From the NCBI RefSeq assembly GCF_009914755.1, contig NC_060929.1: a DNA stretch of 64,000 nucleotides; one strand, given 5' to 3'. Position numbers and translations under genes: made by a program. The notes under the pieces were generated by a model. The model did no database searches and was not told the origin of the DNA. It saw only the letters and a list, made by a program, of their open reading frames with translations. This DNA comes from the human T2T-CHM13v2.0 reference genome, Homo sapiens. Position 1 is the first letter of the stretch. Each line of letters opens with the position of its first letter. Shown in pieces: positions 28,988-44,898 of this stretch.

Positions 28988-30417
28988 GGACATTGAATTT
29001 ACTTGAAATTAGTAAGCCTAGACTGCCTTATTCTCCCCAGTTCTACAGCCAGGATTCCCACCTCCTCAGCACTCTCAGCTTAGCAGCCCACAAGCCACAG
29101 GGGATAGAGGCTGACTTCAACTGGCCACTCTGATCTAGGATGATCTCCAGAGGTCTGTCCAGCTTGGCTCACCTCTGTTCAAGAGAATGTCTGCAAGATA
29201 GCCTCAGGAATTCCAGAATATAGAAAGAGTTGGCTCTCCTGGGACAAAAGAGTGATTTCGTCGGCCCTGAGAGAACCTTCCTCCACTGCCTACAAGTACC
29301 TAAATACCATCATTAGAGATTCATATTTTTGGCCTTAGGCTCCTAAAGCCTGTAAAAGGAAATGAAATGTTGCCAAATGAGTAATTTATACTTGACTTAG
29401 GTTAGAGATTTGTAAGGCTCATAAAGAGGTGGAGAGAGATACAAGACCAAGGAAGCAGAAACAAATCTTCAACTTCTCAGTAATACCTTTTCCTAAAGCC
29501 AGTCCTGTTTCCTAAACTAAATCAAGACTTACAGCTCAGGATCCAGCCTGAGAAAATTTTTTTGTGAAGAAGAATCTCTCAGGATAGGACTCAGAAAATC
29601 CAAATAAGACCTTTCAAGTCTTTAGTGAAAACAAGATCAATTGCATTTATTATACCTACCAGACTTCTGTACTTACTCAGATCCACACTTGGAGAATTAC
29701 AACAACAAAAGAAATAAAAGAGGGTTTATCTGCTTTTTCTGATAACATCTGCTAACTGACTGTAAAGCAATAGTAGTTTATGCCTTTAAGGCTGGTTGTA
29801 AAATAAAGGCCGTAGGGATTATAGAGCTTGGGATCAGTGCTGCCGCCTGAATCTGTCGCTTCTTTGCATGTGGTTTCATGATCACACTTAATCCCCTTAT
29901 CTCTGGCAGGTGTAGAGCCACCAGGAACATCGCATATATTTGGACAAGGGCACCCAGCTCAGGGGCAAGTGGGGACTAAAATTCAGCTACATTCTGCTGG
30001 TCTAACTGAGCTCCTTGACTCAGGAAAGGATCCCCCCAGAGAAAGAGTAATTTTTAAAAATTCTCTTAAAGGTACTCCCAGGGCTAATGCACTAGAATGC
30101 ATCTATCTCAATGGGCATCTTTTGCTGATTCTCACAAAGGTACTCCATGGTGTGCAGTAGGCATCTTGGTGGATATTTTAGCTTCCCAGAATTTGGAACC
30201 CCTTACCTATAACAAGGAAATTCTCCATTCTATAGGTCTTCAAGGAAAGCAGAGCCCACCGTATAAGCAGGCCAACGTCCCTTGCAGCCTGGATGAAAGA
30301 ATATGATCAGTCAGATGTACATTCCCTGCACTGAGAGTTGAGAGTTTGAGATGCACAGGAAAGGGCAGGGAGAATTCCTTGGGGCACTAGCAAATTTCGG
30401 TTTCCAAAGCAGCAGAG

Positions 30418-30732
<315 letters not shown>

Positions 30733-31069
30733 TCAGAAGCAGAGGTTGCAGAAGCAACAAGAAGCACCTGTCCCTGGTGCCACCATGGAGGCTTTGCAAT
30801 CTGGGCCACCTGAGACTAGTTCTGCTGCAGGATTGGGTGCTTGTCCTGGCTTCTGCAAATCTCCCTTGTCTTTGGCCTGTTTTCTGATCTCATTCTCCAA
30901 ATTTCTCAGCAGTAAATTATTTTTATTAAATTGGTGTCTATGATTTACAACTAAGAACCCTGAGCAGGGATTAGGAAATTATTCTAAAATGTTATCAGAC
31001 AGGCCAATTCAGCTTCCTACCACCATGCAAACCTGTGTACCTACTTCTTCGAGACCAACATTCACCTAG

Positions 31070-31489
<420 letters not shown>

Positions 31490-32546
31490 TCTTTCTTGTA
31501 TTTTTAAATTTCCCTTTTAACTAGATTCTTCCTGTCAACACTTGAACATGGTTACATCCCTCCCAGTTAAGAAAAATGACTTACATTGAGCCCACACATC
31601 TGTCTAGCTATTGCTCTGTCTCAGAGTTTACCAACTGGTTTGCCAGAATACTGTGTGTTCCAAGAATGGGTTGTAGGTGTTCTGTGATATATTGAGGGTT
31701 GTAAATATTTATGGTAATGAAAAATTAAACCAGTTTTATAACCATTCAAAATTTAACAGTTAAAATTAAATGTGAACACTAGTTTTATGGTCCCCTCTCT
31801 GCTGAAGTCAATAATTCTTATTTTGTGCTCAAAATGTTTTCCACGATACCAACCCCAGAGAGCAAACACTACTGCCTATCACACGTGCCTCCTCTCCTTG
31901 ACTTCCCCTTCAATTATTCTCGTCAGTCTGGCTTAGTCACAGTTCATCCTGTTGAAGGTATATGTAAAATAGTGCTTGATTTTGCATTTAATTGAATTTA
32001 CTCACATTTTCACAATTATTTTCTTTACGCATAAAGCATATGTTTGATTATTACCTTGTTTTTACATGATAGACAGGAGAAAAGGTGGGTGTAGCCCTTA
32101 AGGGGAGTACCTGTTCAGCCTGTGGAAGAGAGGCCTCTGCAGTGTTTTCTCACATGGGGGAAGTATTGGCTGTTATGTGAAACACACAGTCACATTTACA
32201 CACTCTGAGGGGTCAGGATAGCCTTCAGAGCCACAAACTTCTGTGGCATTCACCCAGATATCTCCATCTCACGTTTCGGGGTCCCAGGTTGTCCCAACCA
32301 GAGCCTCGGCTGAGCCCTCTGTTGTCTTTGAAGCTTAGCAACCCTGACTATAAAACTCTGAGTTTGCTCCTCACTGCAGCTATTCTCCCATAACAGGAGG
32401 GAGAGACACTTTGTAAGCTACTAAAGATGCCTGGTGGTCCTCACACTTAGTTCTTAACTGTTTGGCAACTATCATCAGTTACCCATTATTCTCTTTAGGC
32501 TTCATCACAGCAAGCCAGTTCATTGTTTTCAAATGCTGCTATCCCT

Positions 32547-32838
<292 letters not shown>

Positions 32839-33224
32839 CTATCCCCATGCTGAAAGAGTCTGAATCTTTGCACCAACCCAGATGTTTACTGTCCACCAGA
32901 ATATTCTACCAAGTTAACACCAGTGGAAGTTTCAGCAACTGGACTACCACCTCATTCCAGGGACTATCTATGCCCCATATGCTACCCAGAATGGGATCCT
33001 CAGTATCCCTTAGAAACATTATTTTCCATATGTATAATAATTCAAAAATGTTAAAATTCTTCCCTTTCTCAAACACATACCCCTTTCTGAACCAAGCACT
33101 CTTAACAAGTTGTCTATGCTTCCTGACTACATTTGCTAAATTCAGCCACCTTTTTTTAATTTCACAATTTTTATAGATAATACATTCCTAGTGTACAACA
33201 TTCAAAGCATCAAAAGCACCTGGA

Positions 33225-33572
<348 letters not shown>

Positions 33573-33699
33573 TCAACCCTTCCCTCAGCCCCATAGTCCT
33601 TCTTAGAGATAACCATTGTTTCCAGGTGTTGTGTACTTCCAAAGATGTCTGCTTATGTGTTTATGCACCACTCGCTTTTCACCCCACCCTTTCAATGAC

Positions 33700-34054
33700 T
33701 CTATTCCCAGCTCCCCAAAGGCACCATGGCACCTTCATCATGAAACCATTTAAATCTTTATTGCATTTGACCACTCAGCAGCCTGCAGCACTGTTGATCA
33801 CACCCTTCTAGAAACACTATTCCTTTGGGTTCCAGGTCATAACACTCTCTTGATTCCTTCCTCCAAACCCCCATCCTTCCATTCATTCTCTGTCTTAGCA
33901 GGCTCATCTTTCTTGATCCTTCATTAAATCCTTGAGTTCCTCATAGCTCAATCCTACGCATTTTTTCTCTTTTCACTCTCTGGTGTTTCCAGAGACAATC
34001 TCTTCAATTAAATGCCTTCATTTACCCTTATCTGCAGATGACTTCCTGATTTGT
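33700..34054 (+). mobile_element. L2 fragment (host of the MER44 and Tigger1 insertions; continues after 36830)
   Basis: Pyrimidine-rich L2 RT-region remnants: TCAGCAGC..GTTGATCACACCCTTCT..ATCTGCAGATGACTTCC. Confidence 0.55.
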
Positions 34055-34055
34055 A

Positions 34056-34358
34056 CAGTAGTACCCCCTTATTTACGGTTGCGCCTTCTGCAGTTTCGGT
34101 TACCCACAGTAGAGTACAATAAGATAATTTTGAGAGAGTCCACAGTCACATAATTTTTATTACAATATATTGTTATAATTTCTCTATTTTATTATTAATA
34201 GTTAATCTCTCACTGTGCCTAATTTATAAGTAAAACTCTATCATAGGTGTGTATGTATAGTATAGGAAAAATCATACTAAAATATCTATAGCGTTCAGTT
34301 TCAGGCATCCACTGGGGGTTTTGGAAAGTATCCCCTGCAAATAAGGGGTGACTCCTGC
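34056..34358 (+). mobile_element. MER44A-like (Tigger7) MITE
   Basis: TA|CAGTAGTACCCCCTTAT ... ATAAGGGGTGACTCCTG TIRs; internal CAGGCATCCACTGGGGG. Confidence 0.8.
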
Positions 34359-34421
34359 ATATCTAACCTAGACCTCCTTGACTGAGCACCACACTCATAT
34401 AGCCAAATTCCAAGTCACATA

Positions 34422-36826
34422 CACGCATACCTCAGAGATACTGCAGGTTTGATTCCATACCACCACAGTAAAGTAAATAATGCAATAAAGTGAGTCACAG
34501 TAATTTTTTTGGTTTCCCAGTGCATATAAAAGTTACTTTTACACTATTCTATCATTTATTAAGTGTACAAAAGCTTTATGGCTTTATGACTATTACACAC
34601 TTAATAAACTATAGAATAGTGTAAACATAACTTTTATAACAATGTAAACATAACTTTTCAGCCTAACTTTTATAACAACCTTTATAACTTTTATAACAAA
34701 AACAATGTATATACCTTAATTTAAAAATAATTTGTTGCTAAAAAATGTTAACAATTATCCGAGCCTTCAGCAAGTGGTAATCTTTTTGCTGGTGGAGGGC
34801 CTTGCCTCAGTGTTGATGGCTGCTGATTGGTCAGGGTGGTGGTGGTGGTGGATGTTTGCTGCACTGATTGACTCTTGCTTTCGTGAAAGATTCTGTAGTA
34901 TGCCACACTATTTAATAGCATGTTTCCCATAGCAGAACTTCTTTCAAAACTGGAGTCAATCCTCTCAAACCCTGCCACTGCTATATCATCTAAGTTTATG
35001 TAATATTCTAAATTCTACTTTGTCATTTCCACAATGTTCACAAAATCTTTCTCATCCACAAGGAGCAACTCATTCATTCAAGTTTTATCATGAGATTGCA
35101 GGAATTCAGTCACATCTTCAATCTCCATTTCTAATTCTACTTATCTTACTACTTGCACCACATCTGCAGTTACTTCCTCTGTTGGAGTCTTGAACCCATC
35201 AAAGTCATCCTTGAGGGTTGGAATCAATTTCTTCCAAACTCCTGCTAATGTTGATATTTTGACCTTCTCCCATGAATCACGAGTGTTCTTAATTAGTCTA
35301 GAATGGTCAAGCCTTTCCAGAAGGCCTTCAATTGACTTTGCCCAATCTATCAGAAGAATCACCATCTATGGAAGCTATAGTCTGACAAAATGTATTTCTT
35401 AAATATTAAGACTTGAAAGTCAAAATTATTTCTTGATCCATGTACTGAAGAATGGATGTTATGTGAGTAGGCATGAGAACAACATTAATCTTGTGCATCT
35501 CTATCAGAGCTCTTGGGTGACTAGGTGCATTCTCAATAAGCAGTAATATTCTGAAAGGGATCTTTCTTTCTGAGCAGTGGGTCTCAACAGTATTCCTAAA
35601 ATATCAAGTAAAGCATGCTGTAAACAGATGAACCAGACTTTGTCGTTCCATTTATAGAGCACAGGCAGAGTAGATTTAGCATAATTCTTAAGGACCCTAG
35701 GATTTTTGGAATGATAAATGAGAAAGTTATCAGCTGCAGTTAGCCCTTCACAAGAGAGTGAGCCTGCCCCTTGAAGCTTTGAAGCCAGGCATTGATTTCT
35801 CCTTTCTAGGTATGAAAGTCCTAGATGGCATCTTCTTCCAGTTGAAGGCTGTGTTGTCACCATTGAAAATCTGTTGTTTAGTGTAGCCACTTTAATCAAT
35901 GATCTTAGCTAGATCTTCTGGATAACTTCCTACAGCTTCTACCTCAGCAATTGCTGCTTCACCTTACACTTTCATGTTATGGAGACAGCTTCATTCCTTA
36001 AACCTCGTGTATTAATCTTTACTAGCTTCCAACTTTTCCTCTGCAGCTTTCTTACTCTCTCAGCCTTCCTAGAATTGAAGAACATTAGGACCTTGCTTTG
36101 GATTAGACTTTGGCTTAAGGAAATGTTGTGGCTGGTTTGGTCTTCTATCTAGACTACTCACATTTTCTCCATATCAGCAACAGGGTTGGTTTGCTTTTTT
36201 ATTCATGTGTTCACTGGAGTAGCACTTTCAGTTTCCTTCAAGGACATTTCCTTTGCACTCACAACTTAGGTAACTCTATGGTGCAACAGGCCTAGCTTTC
36301 AGCTTATCTTGGCTTTCAACATGCCTTCCTCACTAAGCTTAATCATTTCTGGCTTTTGATTTAAAGCAAGAGACTTGCAACTCTTCATTTTACTTGAACA
36401 CTTAGAGCCATTGTAGGGTTATTGATTGACCTAATTTCAGTATTCTTGTGTCTCAGGGAATAGGGAAATCCAAAGAGATGGAGAGATATGGGAAAACAGA
36501 GATGGTTGGTTGGAGCATCAGAACATACACACTATTACCACCAATTATGTTTGGTGTCTTATATGGGTACAGTTTGTGGTGCCCCAAAACAATAACAATA
36601 GTAATATCAAAGATCACTGATCACAGATCACCCTAACAGATATAGTAATGATGAAAAGTCTGAAATATTACAAGAGTTACCAAGATGTGACAAAGTTAGC
36701 ACGTGCTGCTGGAAGGGGCACTGATAGACTTGCTTGACATCAGATTGCCACACACTTTCAATTTGTGAAAAATGTGGTGTCTGAGAAGAGCAATAAAGTA
36801 AAGCATAATAAAACAAAATATGCCTG
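34422..36826 (-). mobile_element. Tigger1 DNA transposon, near full length (~2.4 kb), transposase disrupted
   Basis: TIRs CACGCATACCTC / ATATGCCTG; minus-strand peptides resembling pogo-type transposase (STLAGVWKKLIPTLKDDFDGFKT; NYAKSTLPVLYKWN) split across frames. Confidence 0.92.
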
Positions 36827-37241
36827 CATTCTCATGGAAATCTCAAAAGCCTCTCAAATAATTCAACATTCTTCAAATAGAGCTACATCTCCATGATACC
36901 AACAATAACACCCCACCTCACATGAACACTTTTACCCACCTTACATCAGTGATCCTTACATAGGGTTACTCAACTCAGTGTGTACCATTATAGTCCTTCC
37001 AGTTGTAAGCTGAGAACTGGGACTCATCCTGAATACCTCCCTCAACTTTCCCACCCTTATCCAAACCAGCACCAAACCCTGTTAATGTTAACTCTCTAGA
37101 TCCATCCTCTTCTGTCAGCTTCTGCCATCATTACTCTGGTCTCATCATAACATGACTAAGCTATTGAATTAATATTTCCTACCTGGTGTTCCTGGATTCA
37201 TTCTGTCCTACTTAAATTTATTGTCTACATTGAAACCAGAG

Positions 37242-37729
37242 CGTATTAGGGTTCTCCAGAGAGAAACACAACCAATAGGATATACATACGTACATATTTT
37301 ATATATATGAGAGAGAGAGAAAGATTTATGTTAAAAAATTGGCTCACATGACTGTAGGGGCTGGCAAGTTTGAAAGCTGTAGGGCTGGCTGGTAAAGTGG
37401 GAATGCAGGCAAATTAGTTGATGTAGTTTTCAGTTCTAAATCTGCAGGATGGGCCAGCAGGCTGGAAACTCAGGCAGGGTTTCTTAGGTTGCTTTATTGA
37501 GGCATGATTGCTTCTTCTTCAGAAATCTTCAGTCTTTGCTTCTAAGGCCTTCAAAGAATTGCATGGAGCCCATCCACATTATTAAGGGTAACGTGTTGTA
37601 TATAAAGTCAACGGATTATAAATGTTAATCATACCCACAAATACCCTCACAGCACATCTATGCTAGTGTTTGACCAAACAACTGGGCACTATAGCCTGGC
37701 CAATTTGACACATAAAGTTAACCGTCATG
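37242..37729 (-). mobile_element. MLT2 (ERVL) solo LTR
   Basis: GTATTAGGGTTCTCCAGAGAGAAACACAACCAATAGGATATA ... TTGACACATAAAGTTAACCGTCA. Confidence 0.85.
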
Positions 37730-37739
37730 CAGGGTGACA

Positions 37740-37890
37740 GCTCTAAGTCTCCATTTGCTTATATGTATAATGGGAATAGCAATAATATCTATTTCACAAG
37801 GCTGTTGTTCGTGTAAATGAGTTAATATATACGAAACACCTAGAACAATACTTAGCCCACAGCATGCACTAAATGTTAACCACTACAAAT
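37740..37890 (+). mobile_element. MIR fragment
   Basis: TATAATGGGAATAGCAATA..AAATGAGTTAATATAT..CTAGAACA. Confidence 0.65.
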
Positions 37891-39699
37891 ATTAATATTA
37901 TAAATCCGATCCTATTGACCACCTGCATAAATCATTACAATCACCTCCCATTGCTTTTAACCTCACACACCAGGCTTCTGTCTGTCTTTGCAGACTCCCA
38001 CTCTCTCTGCCCGAGGCCCTCTGGATTTCATCCAGGCCCTGGTGCTCACCATTTCTCTTTCCATTGCAAGACCTTTACACACAGTGTTTCCTCTGCCTTA
38101 ATGCTCTTTTCTCCCTGCATTACCTAATTAATGCCTCTTATCCGTAAGATTCCCTTCAACTGTGAAAATCTTTCCTAACTTCCTTAATGAGGTCACTTTT
38201 CTTATCATAAGCTCTCAGAATGCCATGTGTCATTCCCTCATAATACTTGTCACAGTTGGCAACTGACTGCATCTGTGTGATTATTTTAAGTCTGTTTCCA
38301 TAACTAGACTCTAAATACCATAAAGCCAGAGACTATGATTGTCTTGCTTATCCCAGTATTCCCTGGGTTGCTAAGTTTGTCTGCGATAAACAAATAATGG
38401 CTTCATACATCGCTGCATGAGGCATTTACCCAGTCATAGCACCAACTTACAAAGAACAAAGAGAAGCAAGGCCCAGTCACTGTGTGAACTCATATGACCA
38501 TTGCACAGCTAGAAAAATGGAAGAAAGGGACAAAATCAAGTACACAATTTGCAGCTGTATTCAGAAAAAAGGAGCCAGCTAATATTTCATAAGGCAAGAA
38601 AAACAGTACAATAAAGTCACATTAAATCATCATCAAGGGGCTCAAATTATTTGACACTTTTGTGTGCTTATAAAAAAAAACACTGTCACATAAAAATTGT
38701 GTTGAGTATAGATGTACTAAATTAAAAAATGAATCATGAAGCTCTACCTGGAACATTTGTCTGTTCACAAACACTGCCAATGTCCTCATGGAGCTTATAT
38801 TCTTGTGACTACTAATGTTCCCAACTGCCTTTTTCCTTACTGTGAAGAAAGATCTATCCCTTTGAGGAGAAATCCATTAGTTATTTTGTGCCTGAGATGT
38901 TTATGTAGACAAACTCTAAATTGTAGAATAAGCTATGATTTATAGCTTACCTTTAATTCTTTTCTTAAATATTAACAAACATGTTTTGTCAGTATTTATT
39001 AAATAATAAAACATGTTTGTTAATATTTAACTCAACTTTCTGAGAGGGTCTTCTCCAGTCTAATGTCTCTATGGTCAGACACAGGAATCTGTATTTTAAT
39101 TAGTTCCCCTTCTGATTCTTATGTGTCCTTATGTTGGAGAACTACTTCTAGGATTCTGGAATCTGGCTGTGCAACAGAATCACCTAGGAAGTTTCTCCCA
39201 AATACAGATAACTTAAGTTCCACCTCAGCTCTGGTGAATCAATCTCTAGGAACAGGACCCAGGATGTTCATTTTAAAGGTTTTTTTTTGTTTTTAAACCA
39301 GAACTCAGTGTAATTTTTAAATCTGGGGAACTGTGCCTTCCTTCATTTCCAAAAATTTGCCCACCATTTTTACTTCAAAAATAGCTGCTCTCCCATTCTC
39401 TCTTCTTTTTCTCTGGAAAGCACATTAGATTTTATCGAAGATTCCCTTCTCTACTCCATGTCTCTTAAATGTCCTTCCATATTTTTCATCTCTTCATTTC
39501 TGTGGATTCTCACAATTTTCCCCACATCATCTACCAATTTACTAAGTCTCTTGTCGGCTATGTCTATTCTATGGTTTTACACATATGTATTTCCATTATT
39601 ATAGTTGTTTACATTCTTACTTGATTCTTTTTCATGACCAAGTCTTTTTGCCTTCTTTTTATCTCATGTGGTTCCTTACCTAGACAATGCTATTTATCA

Positions 39700-40035
39700 A
39701 CCTCCAGTTTTGTGCGTACTGGAATGACTTCCTCCTTGTACCCCTTTCTTCCTAACCTGCCTAACTTCTTAGTACTTCAAGACTCAGCTCAGGTAATATC
39801 TCCTCTAGTAAACCTTCCTTGAACCCCAGTCTCACCTCTGCGCTCCCAGATCACCCTACATAAAGCCTGTCACAAAACATTATATTGAAAATTTATTATA
39901 TATCTATTTCCCCCACAAGACAAAAGCTCCAAAAGAAAGGGATTATGCTTATTTCCTTTTGCTTTATTTACCCAGCATCTGGCTTACAGTCTGGCATATA
40001 GTACATACTCCATAAATGTTTGTTGAATAGAACTA
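39700..40035 (+). mobile_element. L2 3' end
   Basis: TTCAAGACTCAGCTC..AAACCTTCCTTGA..CTGGCATATAGTA..CATAAATGTTTGTTGAAT. Confidence 0.65.
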
Positions 40036-40689
40036 AATTATTGAGAATCGCAGAAAAACAAGCTCTTTCTAATGAGCTGTATCCTCTCTTAAAATTTTCT
40101 CTGCTTTGGAAAGTTTAACCCGGTGAGAAAAACATGCAAGTCTTAAGCTAAAAAGTTTTTTAGTAGGTTATGTACTTGGAAAATTGGGATCAGTCCAACA
40201 GAAATGTTCAATTCTTGCTAAATGCCCACTTGACATTCCCAGGTTAAATACCACTTCTAGTAGAACTTTCCTTGTTTAATTTATAGGTTTTCTCCCACTT
40301 ACTCTATCATAAAAGATAGCAATAAAAGTCCCACCAAGAAATAAAGAGAGCTATTGAGCAAAGTAATAGAGAAGTGACTAGATGCAATATTTCTTTCCTT
40401 AAAAATATGTACAGTGTGATGCCAGTTTGGGACAGAAAGAATAAACAGAAAGCATGCAAATAATCAAAGTCTGTCTAGTAACTATACTTCCCATTAAGCC
40501 TTTTCAGATAACACATCAAGATTCCTTCTTTTCATACGTTAGAATAACAGAATACTTCAAGATCCCATAAGACTTTTTCCCCCATAATAGACAAAAATTA
40601 GGTTAGCCAGCCAAAATCCCTGAGATATTTTATACCACAAAAATGACCAGTTTTCGCTTTCTTTTATAGCATGTGTATTTGTGTGTTAA

Positions 40690-41057
<368 letters not shown>

Positions 41058-41106
41058 TGAAATAAAAATAAACTGTAATTTTAAGCTAAAAAAAAAAAAA
41101 ATGCCT

Positions 41107-41476
<370 letters not shown>

Positions 41477-42490
41477 TTAATTCATGTGTATGTAAACCCT
41501 GAGGTGATTTAAAAAATCCCATTTGGCATTTGGAGAAAGTGAACATCAAGGCACTTGCCTCAGATTACTCTGCTGTTGATGGAGTTAGGAAAAGGACTTA
41601 GATTTTTTCCTGCTAGATTTCTTTGAAGCCTATGAAAGTCATTGAAATAACTGAAAAATGTACTGAGCGTGAAAACAGGTATGGAAACATTTTTAGTTGT
41701 TTTGATCTGCAATGAGTTTTAAGGGAGTTGTGAGTGGGAAATAAGAACCAGAAGGACTGGGTTTTTTTTCTCCAAGTCAGAGACAGAGGGAGTGCTGGAG
41801 CATTGAATGACTTGGTGCAGTTTGATACTTTGATTACTATTTCTTCATATCTACGCTAAGAAAGGAAGCTGCTATACTCCACAAATTCCTTAACTGCACT
41901 GCAATATTTATAATTTCAAAAACCTGCAATTCCTTTGCTTCAACAAATCTCTTTCTCTCTCAAGCTGAAACTGGCCTTCTACAGAAAAATGGCAGGCATG
42001 TTACATGGACCAAGTTCTCATGGGAACCTCCCCATCTGCAACATTCTGGAGTTACTGCCATCTCTACTTCCCCCAAAACATTCATGCTGGCCTCAGTGCC
42101 CTCATGGATACAAGCATACACATGCCCACAAGGACTCTCACAGCTTTTGTGGCCAGCACCTGGCTGTTACCTAAGATACTCTTTCAGTTGACAGTTGATC
42201 TTTATAGTTGTATATATCAGAACCAACCAGAAAGCCTAAAAGCCAAATTACAGTCTCATGCCCAAACTTCCCCAAACTCTGACTGAGTAGGATTAGAGAG
42301 AATCTAGAGCATGCGTATTTTTAAGAAACTCTTCAGATAGATCTGATGTGCAAATCCCAAACTATAGAACAATAGGGGAAACCTTAGCACCTCTTTTTCA
42401 AAAGAGTAGAAGATTGAAAGAAGTTCACCACTTAATTAGCTTATCTGATGGTAATTTCTTTTCTAACAGCCCCTGAATATTTATCATAAG

Positions 42491-42550
42491 GTTTCCTATT
42501 TCTTATACTAATGCATTGAGTTTTCCTATTTCTTATACTAATGCTTTGAG
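42491..42550. repeat. 30-bp tandem duplication
   Basis: (G/T)TTTCCTATTTCTTATACTAATGC(A/T)TTGAG twice, 28/30 identical. Confidence 0.95.
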
Positions 42551-42959
42551 TGATGTCTGCTTGATGACTTCAGGCCTGGCTCTATCTGTCATGGAGGTTT
42601 TGCATTTCCCAATAAAAGCATTGTAAGTCACAGTGACAGTAGCATAGACTGTTCCTTTATTTAAAAAAAAAAAAAAAAAAAAGGAGGAAGGCTCTAAGTG
42701 AGACACAAAAGGAAAGCTTAACTTACAAATCTGTGATAGAAATTGTACTACCAGAACCATATAATAAGATCTGAGATGGCTTCAAAATGTCTTCCCACTT
42801 TAAGGCCTATGTGCCTCTTTGGCAACAAAAACAAAAAGTAAGTATTTTTGAAAAGAGAGAATGAAATTTATAATTAAAAGGTAAAAAGTTTCAGTTAATT
42901 TGGAAAAGGCAAGTATTGTAATTATTGTGCTACCATGATCACTACCTCAAGAAATGTCT

Positions 42960-43475
42960 TCTGCACAGTAACCAAGGGCTGGAAACAACCCAAGTGTTTA
43001 TCCATGGATGAATGAATAAACAATATGTATACATACCATGGAATAGTATTCAGCTTTAAACAGGAAGGAAATGCTGACACATAGTACAACATAAATAAAG
43101 TGCTAGATTTGTAATGGAGTTAGAGAAGATGCCTTGCTGGAGAGTAAATTATAATGAGGACATCATGCCAAGTTAAATAAGTCAATCTCAAAATAAATAC
43201 TGTGTGATTCCACTTATATGAGGTACCTAGAAGAGTCAAATACACAGAACTAGAGACTAGAATTTTAGTTGCCAGAGGCTGGAAGGAGGAAGAAACAGGT
43301 AGTTGTTGTCTATGGGTATTGGACAGTTTTGCAAGATGAAAACTTTCTGGAAATTGGTTGCACAACAATGTGCCTATATGTAATACTACCGAACTGTACA
43401 CTTAGAAACGGTTAAAATTAACATGGTACATTTTATGTTATGCACTTTAAAATCACAATTAAAAAGAAAAAAAAG
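42960..43475 (+). mobile_element. L1MB/L1MA-like 3' end
   Basis: GGAAACAACCCAAGTG..TGATTCCACTTATATGAGGTACCTAG..GAACTGTACACTTAGAAACGGTTAA..A tail; contains a non-L1 insert at 43100-43151. Confidence 0.88.
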
Positions 43476-44599
43476 TCTTCGAGTTGAAAAGTCAAATTCC
43501 TTTGTGACTCAGAGTAACTGACATTGTTAGTTTAGATAAGGCACTATAAAACGGAAATTAGAGCAAGTAGAGGTCACTTTCAACTTTGACGCATAAAAAC
43601 TGAGCAAAATTAAGGAGCATATTATTCATCTGTTTGTTCTTTTAAACAGTCAAAATATATGTATTTGTTGTGCATCTCCTGAGCTTTAGTTTTACAGAAG
43701 CTTGGCTGGCCTTGGGTCAGCCTCACTCTTACCTAGAAAAAATCAGAGTCAATCCAGGGTGTACCAAGGATGTATTTCTGGGCACCAAACATTTTCATAT
43801 CTGAGTGGTCTTGTTTCAGGTCATTGTCGCTCCCACTATTACAAAGGATGATCAGAAAGTTTGAGTTCAAAACATAACTGATTAAATATGACTCACTTGA
43901 GTTTTCTGGGTCAGGACCATAGCAGGAAACTCACCATTTATCTACATTGGGAAATCCTCAAACTCCTCTTTATTAACAACTCATATGATTATTCCTAAAT
44001 TTTACATTCTCAGACTCTGGGAAGTTGTGACACCACAAGTCACTAGTGGGAGATGAGGCAAGTGGTTTTAAGCCAAATCCACAAGTTCCCTCCCTACCTG
44101 CTATCCGTGCATATCTCCCAGAAATGAGCATGTGTTGATGGAAACAGGCTTAGAGGGCTACCAGATAGGATATTGAGATCTACTTAAAGATCCTTGCTTG
44201 GGAGTTCAGCTTCATGTGCTGTCTTTTCTGTGCTAGATTTGTAATGGAATTAGTTAAGACATCTTGCTGGTGAGTAAATTAACAAGATAGTCCTTGAATC
44301 CAACAAAACCAAAGAATAATCTGTATGTGATGATTTGTTTTAGAGCAAGGACATTTGTTTAGGCTTGTTAAAATATGCAATATGAAACTTACTAATATCT
44401 CCATAGTAAAAGTTCACATCACCACCACACCTTTCCCTCTCTCTCTGTTTACATGCTATTTACAAGTATCAAGTGCTTCTTTTATTGGGTCATGTCTTGG
44501 CAACCTAACCTTGCATACATATAACCCAATTCACTTGCAACATCACACTCTGAAATTAAACTTATGTTCTAAGGACTATTAAAAATAACTATATATAAT

Positions 44600-44898
<299 letters not shown>

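Noticed and set aside
34732-36816. Tigger1 transposase as a functional or domesticated gene
   Set aside because: Broken into short pieces in different frames
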